Of a stretch of DNA of 64,000 nucleotides, positions 28,592-37,850 are shown piece by piece. The position numbers and the translations under genes are program-made. The notes under the pieces were generated by a model. That model was given only the letters and a program-made list of their open reading frames with translations. It had not been told where the DNA came from and did no database searches. Positions within the stretch are counted from its first letter, which is position 1; every line of letters begins with the position of its first letter. This stretch comes from Candidatus Melainabacteria bacterium 17Bon1m. Its GTDB lineage: Bacteria > Cyanobacteriota > Vampirovibrionia > Obscuribacterales > Obscuribacteraceae. The stretch lies in contig JAVLKG010000001.1 in assembly GCA_032128875.1 (NCBI GenBank), forward strand, positions 224,001-288,000. The letters run 5' to 3'.

Positions 28592-30388
28592 TTACTTCCC
28601 GTGCAAAAGCTGAATGTTTGCGGCTATCATTCCGCCGGATGTGGAAGTCAGACGGACCAAACTGCTTTCGCTCGCGCGCGCCACCTGGGTCATGGGTTTG
28701 AAGTCTTCGGGCAGCATCACCGGCATCGGATCGTCCCAGGTCAGTTTGAGCCGCGTTGGGCAGAGGTCTTTCGAGCCATCGTCGGTGGATGAAACCCACG
28801 CCGTCATTTGCCCGTTTTTAAGTGTCTCGGGGGTGACTGCCATAGCTTCCTTGCCGAAGACTAGCCCCAATTGCTCGGTCCCGGGGTTTGAGTCAAACGC
28901 CATCCAGCCTTGCGATGGAATCGGGTAATCCTGACCCTTGGTCAGGAAATTCTTCGAGCCGTACGTTTTGTTGGGAAACAGCACATCGCTCTTACCTGTC
29001 GAACTCGCTTTCATAACGAGATATGCGTAGCCATCGCTTTCCGGAATTAAGTGAAAGCGAATTGCGTCGCCGTTTTTGAATTCCATTTTGTTGTTGCAGC
29101 GAAAAACTTTTCCGCCTCTGTAAAGTTCGATCCAATAGCTAATCTTTGGACGTTCGTTTGTTTGGAGTTTGTTCTTGAATTGAAACTCTTCTTTTGGCTT
29201 TGGCAATTCTGCAGGAGCTAGCGATGCGATGCGGTTTTCGGAAGAACCATTTGCAAATGCGGAGCGATCGGTCGAGCCACCGTTCAAAACAGCAGCCATC
29301 ATTTCAACTTGTTCATTTGGATCTGTTGCACCAGAAGAATACTCAGCTTTCGATGCCACCACAGGTAGTTTCTCTTGCGAGTCGGCCATCACATCCAAAT
29401 GCGATATGTTGTTGTTTATCCACGACAAGACAAACTTCAAATCATCCTGCCTGTACTGCCCTTCTTCGAAGATCAAGTGTTCGGAGTTTTTACTCAAAAC
29501 CAATTGTCGATTCGGCGTGCCAAGGCGCTCAAAAAGTTTCCACGTACCGGCCGGGCGAATCAATTTGTCATTCGTACCTTGAATGAAAAGTACTGGCTTG
29601 TCCTTCACCATTGCTGCCGCTTCCAAATTCTTCGACATAAATCCGTCGAGCTGCACGAATTCTTTTGGCGAGAAATTTGTGCGCATCAAGGGGTCGTTAG
29701 TCCACTGTGCACGCACTTCTTCCTTGTCGGAAATCTTCTTTACCGCAGCCAACGCGGCATTATGCATGGTGCGACTGTATCCGCCGAAGATGGTCTGAAT
29801 TCCTGCCTTTTCGGCGAATTCTCGCTCTTCTTCACTCATGCCAAAGCGGTCGCGCGCCGGGACTGACGCAATGAGACCCGATACAAGATCAGGATAGAGC
29901 GCTGCCGCTCTCAATGCGATTGCGCCACCCATCGATTCGCCCAAAACAATCACCGGCAAACCGGGGTGCGTCTTGTGAATTTGCTGCAGCACAGCCTTGA
30001 TGTCCGCCATACTGCCTTCAAAATCTAGCTCCGTGTGAATGGCTTTGCTCTTCGACTCGCCGAAGCCGCGCAGGTCGAGGGCATAAACTGCGACGCCGTC
30101 CTTCGCCATAACTTTGCCGAAAGCATTGAAACAGCCCTTGTGCAAGCTGAAGCCGTGGATGCAGAGCATCGCAACCTGAGGTTTAACACCCGCTGGCGGT
30201 AACCAGGAAATCTGCGGCGCGCTTTTTGCCTCAGCTGTTGGAACGCGCAGGGTTTTCGACCCGTCGTCGGCGTTCGCTGCCCAGGCTGGGGCTGCCGTGC
30301 CCAGACCCAACAAACCATTCGTCCCTGCCAGGCTTAGCGCCGCAAACGCCGCAAGCGCGGGCTTTGTAAGTTTTTTACTAATGCTCAC
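28592..30388 (-). CDS. Secreted alpha/beta hydrolase + DUF4384-like domain, paralog B
   Basis: Tandem paralog of the previous gene with the same motifs; start uncertain. Confidence 0.8.
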   Translation of the reverse strand: MSISKKLTKPALAAFAALSLAGTNGLLGLGTAAPAWAANADDGSKTLRVPTAEAKSAPQISWLPPAGVKPQVAMLCIHGFSLHKGCFNAFGKVMAKDGVAVYALDLRGFGESKSKAIHTELDFEGSMADIKAVLQQIHKTHPGLPVIVLGESMGGAIALRAAALYPDLVSGLIASVPARDRFGMSEEEREFAEKAGIQTIFGGYSRTMHNAALAAVKKISDKEEVRAQWTNDPLMRTNFSPKEFVQLDGFMSKNLEAAAMVKDKPVLFIQGTNDKLIRPAGTWKLFERLGTPNRQLVLSKNSEHLIFEEGQYRQDDLKFVLSWINNNISHLDVMADSQEKLPVVASKAEYSSGATDPNEQVEMMAAVLNGGSTDRSAFANGSSENRIASLAPAELPKPKEEFQFKNKLQTNERPKISYWIELYRGGKVFRCNNKMEFKNGDAIRFHLIPESDGYAYLVMKASSTGKSDVLFPNKTYGSKNFLTKGQDYPIPSQGWMAFDSNPGTEQLGLVFGKEAMAVTPETLKNGQMTAWVSSTDDGSKDLCPTRLKLTWDDPMPVMLPEDFKPMTQVARASESSLVRLTSTSGGMIAANIQLLHGK

Positions 30389-30633
30389 AACGATACCTTC
30401 TGGCGACAGGTCTCCGAAAGCCACAAAGTTGGCAAGACTTGATCTTATTACACATACTGCTAAAAGCCAATTTATTAGGGGCGTCTAGCCATTATTTTGG
30501 CCCTGTACCATGCGCTTGTGATTTCGGATGGACACATGAACAAAAGCGGCGAAGCTGTCTCCATAAAATAGAGAAACAACTTCGCCGCCGCCATTTAGCA
30601 ATTGATTGCTATTGTCTGAGTTCGGATTTCAGT

Positions 30634-31524
30634 CTAGGGAGATTGATACTGAAATTTCGTAATCGTCACGCGTTGTTCAGAACGCGGCTGTCCTTTCCCT
30701 TTCCTTCCATTTGGAACATAAAAATTGATATGCATTCGCTCATTTTTAGGGTCCGGAACTTTTGAACTTGAAATATCCTGCCAGCTAGCAAAAGCCTTTT
30801 TGACAGGGTAATCATTTTTCATTTCTTCAAAAGTAGGTTCGCCTGTGTAGATTCTGAAAAGGACATTGTTTTTGCTCCAGCTCATAAACGTGGTGAGTTT
30901 GTTCGTTCCATTTGGAATTTTGAATCTCTCGCCGCTTATGAGTTTTCCTCCATCAACTCTGGCGGGCTGCAGAGCAAATTGAGCGTTGTTTGGATCGTTT
31001 GTTTGCTGATAGCCTGCGATTGTCTCTAACAAATCAATTTCGCGGTGCACATTGTCTACGTTAGGATTACCTGCGGAAGCACCAAACTGATAGGTGAAGA
31101 TTCCCAGAATTACATTGTGGTCAAGATTCCCCAAGTCACTTCCTGTGACAGTCACTGCGTAATATCCAAATCCGAATCTTTCTTCCATAACTAATTCTGC
31201 AGTCAGTGGAGCGTCAGATGGTTGCGGGATGACCTTCAAGATCGGTCCATTTCCTGTTTGCTCAACAGTTTTTGTCGGGTCAAAAATTGAGTCAAATTGC
31301 GCATTATCACCCCAGACGTAATAGCCCTTCGTTCCGCGCTTGCCGTACTGATCAGGATCTTGTCCGAACCAATAGTCACCCCACCATTTCGTGTATCTAC
31401 CTTGCCCGTTGATTACTGAGGGTACTGTGTAGAAGTTGTGTTTGCCTTGATTGTATTGATTGTCGAGCCACCAATCTTCATCAAGGCCGACGTTTTCCAG
31501 GACTGATTCTTGTTGCGTAGACAT
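30634..31524 (-). CDS. GH16-like/ConA-fold protein
   Basis: FGFGYY, VILGIFTY, REIDLLE (ExDxxE-like), NAQF; AGGAG RBS. Confidence 0.55.
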   Translation of the reverse strand: MSTQQESVLENVGLDEDWWLDNQYNQGKHNFYTVPSVINGQGRYTKWWGDYWFGQDPDQYGKRGTKGYYVWGDNAQFDSIFDPTKTVEQTGNGPILKVIPQPSDAPLTAELVMEERFGFGYYAVTVTGSDLGNLDHNVILGIFTYQFGASAGNPNVDNVHREIDLLETIAGYQQTNDPNNAQFALQPARVDGGKLISGERFKIPNGTNKLTTFMSWSKNNVLFRIYTGEPTFEEMKNDYPVKKAFASWQDISSSKVPDPKNERMHINFYVPNGRKGKGQPRSEQRVTITKFQYQSP

Positions 31525-31935
31525 TCTTTTTTCTCCTGTTAGGCAGCCCAAGTAGCACGAAGCTAGAACTCCGTGAGGGCGAAATTTATTTGCTGCGATT
31601 TGCTAGCGGTTACCGGGTGGAAAGTATAGTCGTAGGCATGCATAATAGTGCGCGCTGATTACGTGAATTAATCTGACCACCTTCCGCTGAAATCAGCTCA
31701 GAATGCCTATTCAGCAAGGATTTTGTGGAATATGGATGGTTGTCATTTACGCTAATCGGGTGATCGAAACGAATCTAGAGTGGGCAAACCATTTGGATGC
31801 TGCTAGCGGTTTTGGTAAGTTTCTACACCCAGATACGCGAACACCATTGGCGGCAGAGGACGGCGAACGCGAGTCTGGTGGAAACTTAATTAGCGAAGCG
31901 CTGGGAGCGCTGGGAGCGCCGGCGGCTCGCCGGCA

Positions 31936-32493
31936 TTATTGTGATATCGATTTGTGCCAGCGGATAGTGGAGTTTTTTACGTTGGGCGCAAGTTCGTGCG
32001 CCTTTTCTCTCAGTGGTTTTGCCTCATCTGGACGCCCTGCTTTTTCCAGTAGCTTGGCGTAGCGAATGTACACCGCGGCAGTGTTGTCGTTCTTGTTCTT
32101 CGCTTCCACCAACGCGACGCTTTTCTTCATCGCATCAATTGCTTCATCGAACTTCTTTTGCTCTTCGAGAGATTTCGACAAGCGCTCCCAATTCCAGTTC
32201 GTTTCCTTGCACAAAGGCAGTTGTTGCAAATACTTCTCTGCGAGGTCGTATCTGTTTTTAAGCTCGTAGTGAGAAGCGAGCTTTTCTAACGGCTCTTCTA
32301 ATTCTGGCGAGTTCTTCGGAAGTGACGCTTCTTTGTCGGCTAGATTTTTGAGTAGCGTTTCTTCGCTTTCAACCTTTACAGTTTCAGTTTGCTTGCTGAT
32401 TGAAACTTCTTGCCGCGCGCCACTGCACGAAGACAATGCGAGAACAGACGAGAATAAAACTGCGAAAACTACCGATTGCCGAATTAGATTCAT
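31936..32493 (-). CDS. TPR lipoprotein
   Basis: Lipobox LSSC; TPR-like helices. Confidence 0.7.
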   Translation of the reverse strand: MNLIRQSVVFAVLFSSVLALSSCSGARQEVSISKQTETVKVESEETLLKNLADKEASLPKNSPELEEPLEKLASHYELKNRYDLAEKYLQQLPLCKETNWNWERLSKSLEEQKKFDEAIDAMKKSVALVEAKNKNDNTAAVYIRYAKLLEKAGRPDEAKPLREKAHELAPNVKNSTIRWHKSISQ

Positions 32494-32633
32494 CAATGAC
32501 TCCGACCAACAACTCCAAACACCCCGAAGGCCAACGTCTATTATGCCTGCTCGGGTCGGTTTTAGGTTGGCAACATTGCGGCAACATTGCGCCTATATAT
32601 TGTGCGGACAATCTCCACTAGCGAGAAACGCCC

Positions 32634-33905
32634 GTGCCTCACGATACTAGCTACGAGCAAGCGGTCACCCCGCAGCAAGCCGGCAAAACACCGCCACGCG
32701 AGACAGAACAAGACGACAGCAAACCAGAGTCGGCGAGCCCTTGGAACTCTTCCAGTCTACTTTCTGCATCAGGAGAACTCTTTTCAAAAGCCACTAAAGC
32801 TATTCCGAGCCAATTTCCGAATGTTGAAGTCCAGGGCGATGTTCCGTCGCAACAGTTGAAGCCTTCTCAACAAACCGACTTTAGCCCTGGAATCAGACTT
32901 CCTGACAGTCCCATCGTAGAAAAGACAATTCAGAAGATAAAGGATTCGCCTGATCCTGTGCTTGAAGTAGTCAATTTGCTTGCAGGCGGTTTGAGCAACG
33001 TGCGCGGCGCGAAGATCTATCAAACTGTTTACGGTGACTACCAATTGCAGATGTCGACGCATCGGCGCACGACTGACAGTCTGGTTGATAAGTCAATGGG
33101 ACCATTTAGCTCTGGTCCTGTGACGATGGACACCGAGTTCGGCATGCGTGCTTCATTGCGTCCTACTGTAAGTGGCGGTGCGATGTTGCAGTTGAACAAT
33201 TTTTATGGTGTTCACCCGAGTGTGGAAGGTCCCATGAAGAGCCGCGCCGTGCTACCGGGTGGTGCCACTCTTTTCAAAGGCAGCGATGGTGATTACCACA
33301 TGGCAGTTAATGGGCAAGCCGCATGGGGACTGCGTCGAACTCACTGGACGAAGTCACGCAACATAACGATTGATCCAGAGAATGTACGCGATCCGTTTTT
33401 GAGCAGAATGATGCGTGATGCGAAGGACATTGATCGCACACTCGCGGACTTGTTGAAGGTGCAGCAAGCGCAAGATATTTTGAGTATAGGCATTCATCGA
33501 GCTGCCTCGGGCGTGCCAGGCACAGAGCAGTTTGATATGCAGATCCGGTCTCGAAGAGAGAAGCATGTACCGCTTGAAGAAGCCGCCTCGGAGGGGTTAC
33601 CGGTCAAAGTAAAAAGCCTTGACCTCGCAACCGACGTATCTGCTGCACTTTCGTACAGTCGTGACGCTGGAATCGCTTTGAACGATATCAACGGAGTAAA
33701 AATCAACGTTGAGACATTTGGGTTAAAACAAGTAGCAGCCCCAACCAAGCTCACCTTTGGCAGAGATGCTGCAGGCAAAGCTTCGGTGGGAGTGCAATTT
33801 GTTATGCATGATGCGGAAGGCAAGCCGTCCGCGCCGATGAGTTTTTCAATTCCGTTTTCACGGATTATTCAAGAAGTGGAAAAGCGGAAGCCACACACCC
33901 GATAG
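32634..33905 (+). CDS. Hypothetical protein
   Basis: 423-aa ORF; no recognised motif. Confidence 0.6.
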   Translation: MPHDTSYEQAVTPQQAGKTPPRETEQDDSKPESASPWNSSSLLSASGELFSKATKAIPSQFPNVEVQGDVPSQQLKPSQQTDFSPGIRLPDSPIVEKTIQKIKDSPDPVLEVVNLLAGGLSNVRGAKIYQTVYGDYQLQMSTHRRTTDSLVDKSMGPFSSGPVTMDTEFGMRASLRPTVSGGAMLQLNNFYGVHPSVEGPMKSRAVLPGGATLFKGSDGDYHMAVNGQAAWGLRRTHWTKSRNITIDPENVRDPFLSRMMRDAKDIDRTLADLLKVQQAQDILSIGIHRAASGVPGTEQFDMQIRSRREKHVPLEEAASEGLPVKVKSLDLATDVSAALSYSRDAGIALNDINGVKINVETFGLKQVAAPTKLTFGRDAAGKASVGVQFVMHDAEGKPSAPMSFSIPFSRIIQEVEKRKPHTR

Positions 33906-33988
33906 AATTCGCGAGCCCGATGAAAGCCGCGCGTCCGATAAAAGCCGCACACCCGATAGAATTCGCGCTCCCGCTGAATGCTGCGTAG
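33899..33988. repeat. Degenerate 18-bp tandem repeat (about 5 units) running into a REP
   Basis: CCGATAGAATTCGCGAGC / CCGATGAAAGCCGCGCGT / CCGATAAAAGCCGCACAC / CCGATAGAATTCGCGCTC / CCGCTGAATGCTGCGTAG. Confidence 0.7.
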
Positions 33989-34026
33989 GGGCGATGCAAT
34001 GAATCGCCCGGCCTCAACAAATCACT

Positions 34027-35502
34027 CTACCCGATGATCTTCGATGCCATCTCGTGCCAGACAGCCAAATCTTGTGAATCGCCGTCGAAATCTCCCGCAT
34101 GGACAGGTTGTTTTCGCTCACGTTTCTCGATTCTCTCTGTTCGCTCTGAGCGTTCTTTTCGATCTACAAGCTGAAGACCTGCGTCTTCCGCAAGCTTTCG
34201 CGCTTGCTGCGCATGATGCATTGGCTTGGCAGTCTTCGCCTTATTGCGATTCACGCTGTGATGCTCCGGTCGACTTTGATGCCCGCGAGAATCAAAGGAT
34301 TGTTTGCGAGACTGATGTCCGGTCGTCTCTTTAGTTTTTGCTTCCGATTTCGGCTTCTTCGCTTTCTTTGACTCTTCTCGAATCTTGCCAAACGGACTGT
34401 TAGGATCCAGCGAGCGACCAGTTACTTTTTCGATTTCGCGAATCAAATAACGTTGATCGTTGCTGACGAAGGAAAGCGCTATTCCAGAGCGGCCTGCGCG
34501 TCCGGTGCGACCGATACGGTGAACGTAATCAGCAGCGCCGAGCGGAAGGTCGAAGTTGATTACCAGGCTGATTGCCGGCACATCGAGCCCGCGAGCGGCG
34601 ACGTCGGTAGCAACCAATACGGTTATGTCTCCAGAGCGAAACTTCCGCAGAGTCGCTTCCCGCTTGTTCTGCGAGATATCGCTGTGAATTTCACCGGCTC
34701 TGATATTCTCTGAGTTCAGCTTTTTGCAAATTTTAGATGCGCGGTGTCGCGTTTTTGTGAAAACCAGAACAGTGTTGTGAACTTCATCTTTGTTGCTGAG
34801 AAGTTCGATGAGCAGCGGAGTCTTGCCTTCTTCATTTACAAGGTGAATGCGCTGATCAATCGATGCTGGCTCGACGCGATTGGTGTTGACGAATATATTC
34901 ACCGGATCGGTGAGAAACTCTTCGCCTTGTTTTTCAACGGCTTTGTTGATGGTGGCAGAGAACATCACCGTTTGGTGCTGCCCTTTGACCATGTCGACAA
35001 TTCGCCGCACTTGCGGAGTAAAGCCCATGTCTAACATGCGGTCCGCTTCATCCAGCACCAGTGTTTGCACGCGGCTCAGATCGACGTTGCCTTGCTCAAT
35101 GTGGTCATTCAGTCGTCCAGGGGTGGCGACAATCACGTCGACACCTTTCTTGAGCGTGCGTATTTGATGGAACATACTGACGCCACCATATATAGTGGCG
35201 GTACGGACACCGCACTTGTTGGCAAATCTAATGATCTCGTCATTGACTTGGACAGCCAATTCTCTTGTGGGAACCAGAATCAATGCGCGAGGCAATGGCT
35301 TAGAACCGCTGCGCATTCCATTAATGATGGGGAGCGCGTATGCAGCTGTTTTGCCAGAGCCAGTCTCCGCCGACGCCATAATGTCACGTCCGGCGAGGAT
35401 TGCTGGAATAGTCTTTTCTTGGATTTCGGTAGGTTCTGTAAATCCGATCTTTTCCAAGTCATTGGAAAGTCGCTCGGCCAGGCCAAGTTCAATAAATCTC
35501 AT
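34027..35502 (-). CDS. DEAD-box RNA helicase (RhlE-like)
   Basis: ETGSGKT, PTRELA, TPGRL, DEAD, SAT, ARGLD, HRIGRTGR. Confidence 0.95.
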   Translation of the reverse strand: MRFIELGLAERLSNDLEKIGFTEPTEIQEKTIPAILAGRDIMASAETGSGKTAAYALPIINGMRSGSKPLPRALILVPTRELAVQVNDEIIRFANKCGVRTATIYGGVSMFHQIRTLKKGVDVIVATPGRLNDHIEQGNVDLSRVQTLVLDEADRMLDMGFTPQVRRIVDMVKGQHQTVMFSATINKAVEKQGEEFLTDPVNIFVNTNRVEPASIDQRIHLVNEEGKTPLLIELLSNKDEVHNTVLVFTKTRHRASKICKKLNSENIRAGEIHSDISQNKREATLRKFRSGDITVLVATDVAARGLDVPAISLVINFDLPLGAADYVHRIGRTGRAGRSGIALSFVSNDQRYLIREIEKVTGRSLDPNSPFGKIREESKKAKKPKSEAKTKETTGHQSRKQSFDSRGHQSRPEHHSVNRNKAKTAKPMHHAQQARKLAEDAGLQLVDRKERSERTERIEKRERKQPVHAGDFDGDSQDLAVWHEMASKIIG

Positions 35503-35761
35503 ATCAGTTTCCTTCGCAAATTCTGCGGAATTTGCTGTGTGCGAACCTGCGGTTCGCTGAGCGGCAGATGCAGCCTCTCAAGAAGGAACTGGAGAGCCTC
35601 TGCGGTGTTTAAGACCGCGAACATGTTGCCTTAATCGGTTGTCAGCATAACACGTATCTGCCGCCTGGAAAGCAATTTGGGAAATGCTTAGAGACATCGC
35701 TACACATAAGCTCTTTTGTTATGTGCTTCTCACAAATGCCTTGGCTGAAAAGCTAACCATC

Positions 35762-37102
35762 CTAATGCGCGTGTTTTCGCCTGTCATGGACGTTCCAAGT
35801 GAGAGCCAGTAGGGCAATCGAAAGGACAGCGGCTGTAATAATGCTGATGAATCCTACGTTCCAGCCATGATGTTGCACGATAAGACCGATGCCCAGCTCG
35901 GCGAGTGTGGCGCCAAGATAGCCAAATAGTCCGGTTAAACCTGCTGCGGTACCGACCGCTTTTTTCGGTACGAGGTCGCAAGCTGCGACGCCAATGAGCA
36001 TGACCGGACCATATATGAGAAATCCTATAAGTAGCAGGGCGACAGTGTCGACCGCAACATTGCCTTTAGGATTTAGCCAATAAAGCAGAATGGCGCCCGC
36101 GATCAGGCTCATGGAAAACACCATCACAGGCGAGCGCCGACCATGAAAAAGCTTATCGCTAGCCCATCCGCAGAAGAGCATGCCCGGAATTCCTGCCAGT
36201 TCATAAATGCTGGATTGCCAGGCGGAATCAGTAATGCTGTAGCCTTTCACTTCTGTGAGATATGTAGGCGCCCAGTTGAGAACGCCGTACCGCACGAAGT
36301 AGACGAGAACGTTTGCTGCCGAAAAAATCCACAAGAACTTGTTATTTAGCACGTATTTGAAGAGAATTTCGGAGCTGCTGAGCTCCTTTTCCCTGTCTTC
36401 GACGCCGGTGGACGGGTAATCGTCTTTGAACTCTTCGATGGGAGGCAATCCAACTGACTGCGGGGTGTCACGCATGAAAATGAAAACGAGCAACCCGATG
36501 ATTATCGAAAGCACTGCCGGGACGAAGAAAGCGCTCTTCCACGAGCCAAAGCTTGTTATCGCGTAGCTGGCAATAACGGGTGCGAGCATTCCGCCGACGT
36601 TGTGAGCGAGGTTCCAGATCGCCATTTTTGTGCCGCGCTCGCGATCGGAAAACCAATGAACCATGGTTCGTCCGCACGGTGGCCATCCCATTCCCTGAAA
36701 CCAACCGTTCATCGCCCAAAACGCAACCATCAAATACAAGCTAGGAAGGAAGCCGAAAGCTAGATTTACAACTCCGGAAAGAATGAGTCCAGTCGCTAAA
36801 AAGTATCTCGGATTGGATCGGTCGGAAACGTTGCCCATCAAGAATTTGCTCAGTCCGTAAGCAATCGTGAGCGCAGACGCAAGCAATCCGACATCGCCTT
36901 TTGTCAATCCCAATTCGCTGATGAGGAGTGGCTTTGCGACATTGATATTCGATCTGACAAGGTAGTAGCCCGCATACCCTACAAAAATCGTGCTGAGAAT
37001 TTGTGCGCGGTAGCGTTGATACTCACCGTCGACCTTGTCTTCCGGCAGCCGATCGACGAATGGCGCTGGTTTGTAGAGTTTTGAAACGAGCGTCAGGGGC
37101 AT
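35762..37102 (-). CDS. glpT: Glycerol-3-phosphate/OPA-family MFS antiporter
   Basis: GYAGYYLVR, SKFLMGNVSDRSNPR, QGMGWPPCGRTMVHWFS, WNLAHNVGG, GFLIYGPVMLIG. Confidence 0.85.
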   Translation of the reverse strand: MPLTLVSKLYKPAPFVDRLPEDKVDGEYQRYRAQILSTIFVGYAGYYLVRSNINVAKPLLISELGLTKGDVGLLASALTIAYGLSKFLMGNVSDRSNPRYFLATGLILSGVVNLAFGFLPSLYLMVAFWAMNGWFQGMGWPPCGRTMVHWFSDRERGTKMAIWNLAHNVGGMLAPVIASYAITSFGSWKSAFFVPAVLSIIIGLLVFIFMRDTPQSVGLPPIEEFKDDYPSTGVEDREKELSSSEILFKYVLNNKFLWIFSAANVLVYFVRYGVLNWAPTYLTEVKGYSITDSAWQSSIYELAGIPGMLFCGWASDKLFHGRRSPVMVFSMSLIAGAILLYWLNPKGNVAVDTVALLLIGFLIYGPVMLIGVAACDLVPKKAVGTAAGLTGLFGYLGATLAELGIGLIVQHHGWNVGFISIITAAVLSIALLALTWNVHDRRKHAH

Positions 37103-37200
37103 GGCTCTTTTGAGTGCGGAAAGCTAAAGTCTGTTGGCTTATTGTTCTGTTCTTCGCGTCAAAATGTTAGCATGGGAACAGTCGTCTTTTTGAAGCGCAG

Positions 37201-37746
37201 ATGAATAGAGAAGCATTCAATTACGCACCTTTCTATTGCGAGGAAAACATCTGGCATCTCTGCCAGGAAGCGGATTTTCGCGCGTACGATAAAAACGTTG
37301 TATTTATCTCCAATCCTAGATTGACGTGTGCATTGTGGAATCAGCGAGCTCGCAAGGCGGAGAACGAACCTGTTCTGTGGGACTACCACGTCATTATGTT
37401 GTTCAAGAAGCAGGGATGGAAGGTGTTCGATTTGGACACGTTGCTTCCAACTCCAACTCCTGTCGTCGACTATCTACGCGGCACCTTTGGAGAACTTGCC
37501 GTGCCGGATGAGTTTCGCCCCTTGTTTCGCGTAATTGATGCTGATGAGTATGTGAAAGTGTTTTCGTCAGACCGTTCGCACATGAAAAATCCTGATGGAA
37601 CGTGGCATGTTCCACCACCACCTTGGCCTGCGATTGAACGCAATGAGCGTTCAAATCTAATGGAACTTATCGACATGGAAAAGAAGAATGTCGGTCAGGT
37701 GATGGATCTTTTTCAGCTTGAAGTCGCTTTTACTATCGATCTGTAG
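37201..37746 (+). CDS. Protein N-terminal glutamine amidohydrolase (NTAQ1/WDYHV family)
   Basis: YCEENIWHL, WDYHVI, DLDT, FSSDRSHM, PPPWPAI. Confidence 0.85.
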   Translation: MNREAFNYAPFYCEENIWHLCQEADFRAYDKNVVFISNPRLTCALWNQRARKAENEPVLWDYHVIMLFKKQGWKVFDLDTLLPTPTPVVDYLRGTFGELAVPDEFRPLFRVIDADEYVKVFSSDRSHMKNPDGTWHVPPPPWPAIERNERSNLMELIDMEKKNVGQVMDLFQLEVAFTIDL

Positions 37747-37783
37747 TGGTGCGTTGTATGCGCCTTTATACATCGTTGGAAGC

Positions 37784-37835
37784 GTAGGGGCGACGCCATG
37801 CGTCGCCCGGCGGGCGGCATGAATGCCGCCCCTAC
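37784..37835. repeat. Inverted REP doublet (REPIN/BIME-like)
   Basis: GTAGGGGCGACGCCATGCGTCGCCC ... GGGCGGCATGAATGCCGCCCCTAC. Confidence 0.8.
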
Positions 37836-37850
37836 ATCTGGTGGCAGAAT

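Noticed and set aside
33899-33988. Possible CRISPR array
   Set aside because: 18-bp contiguous degenerate units with no spacers, and no cas genes in the window
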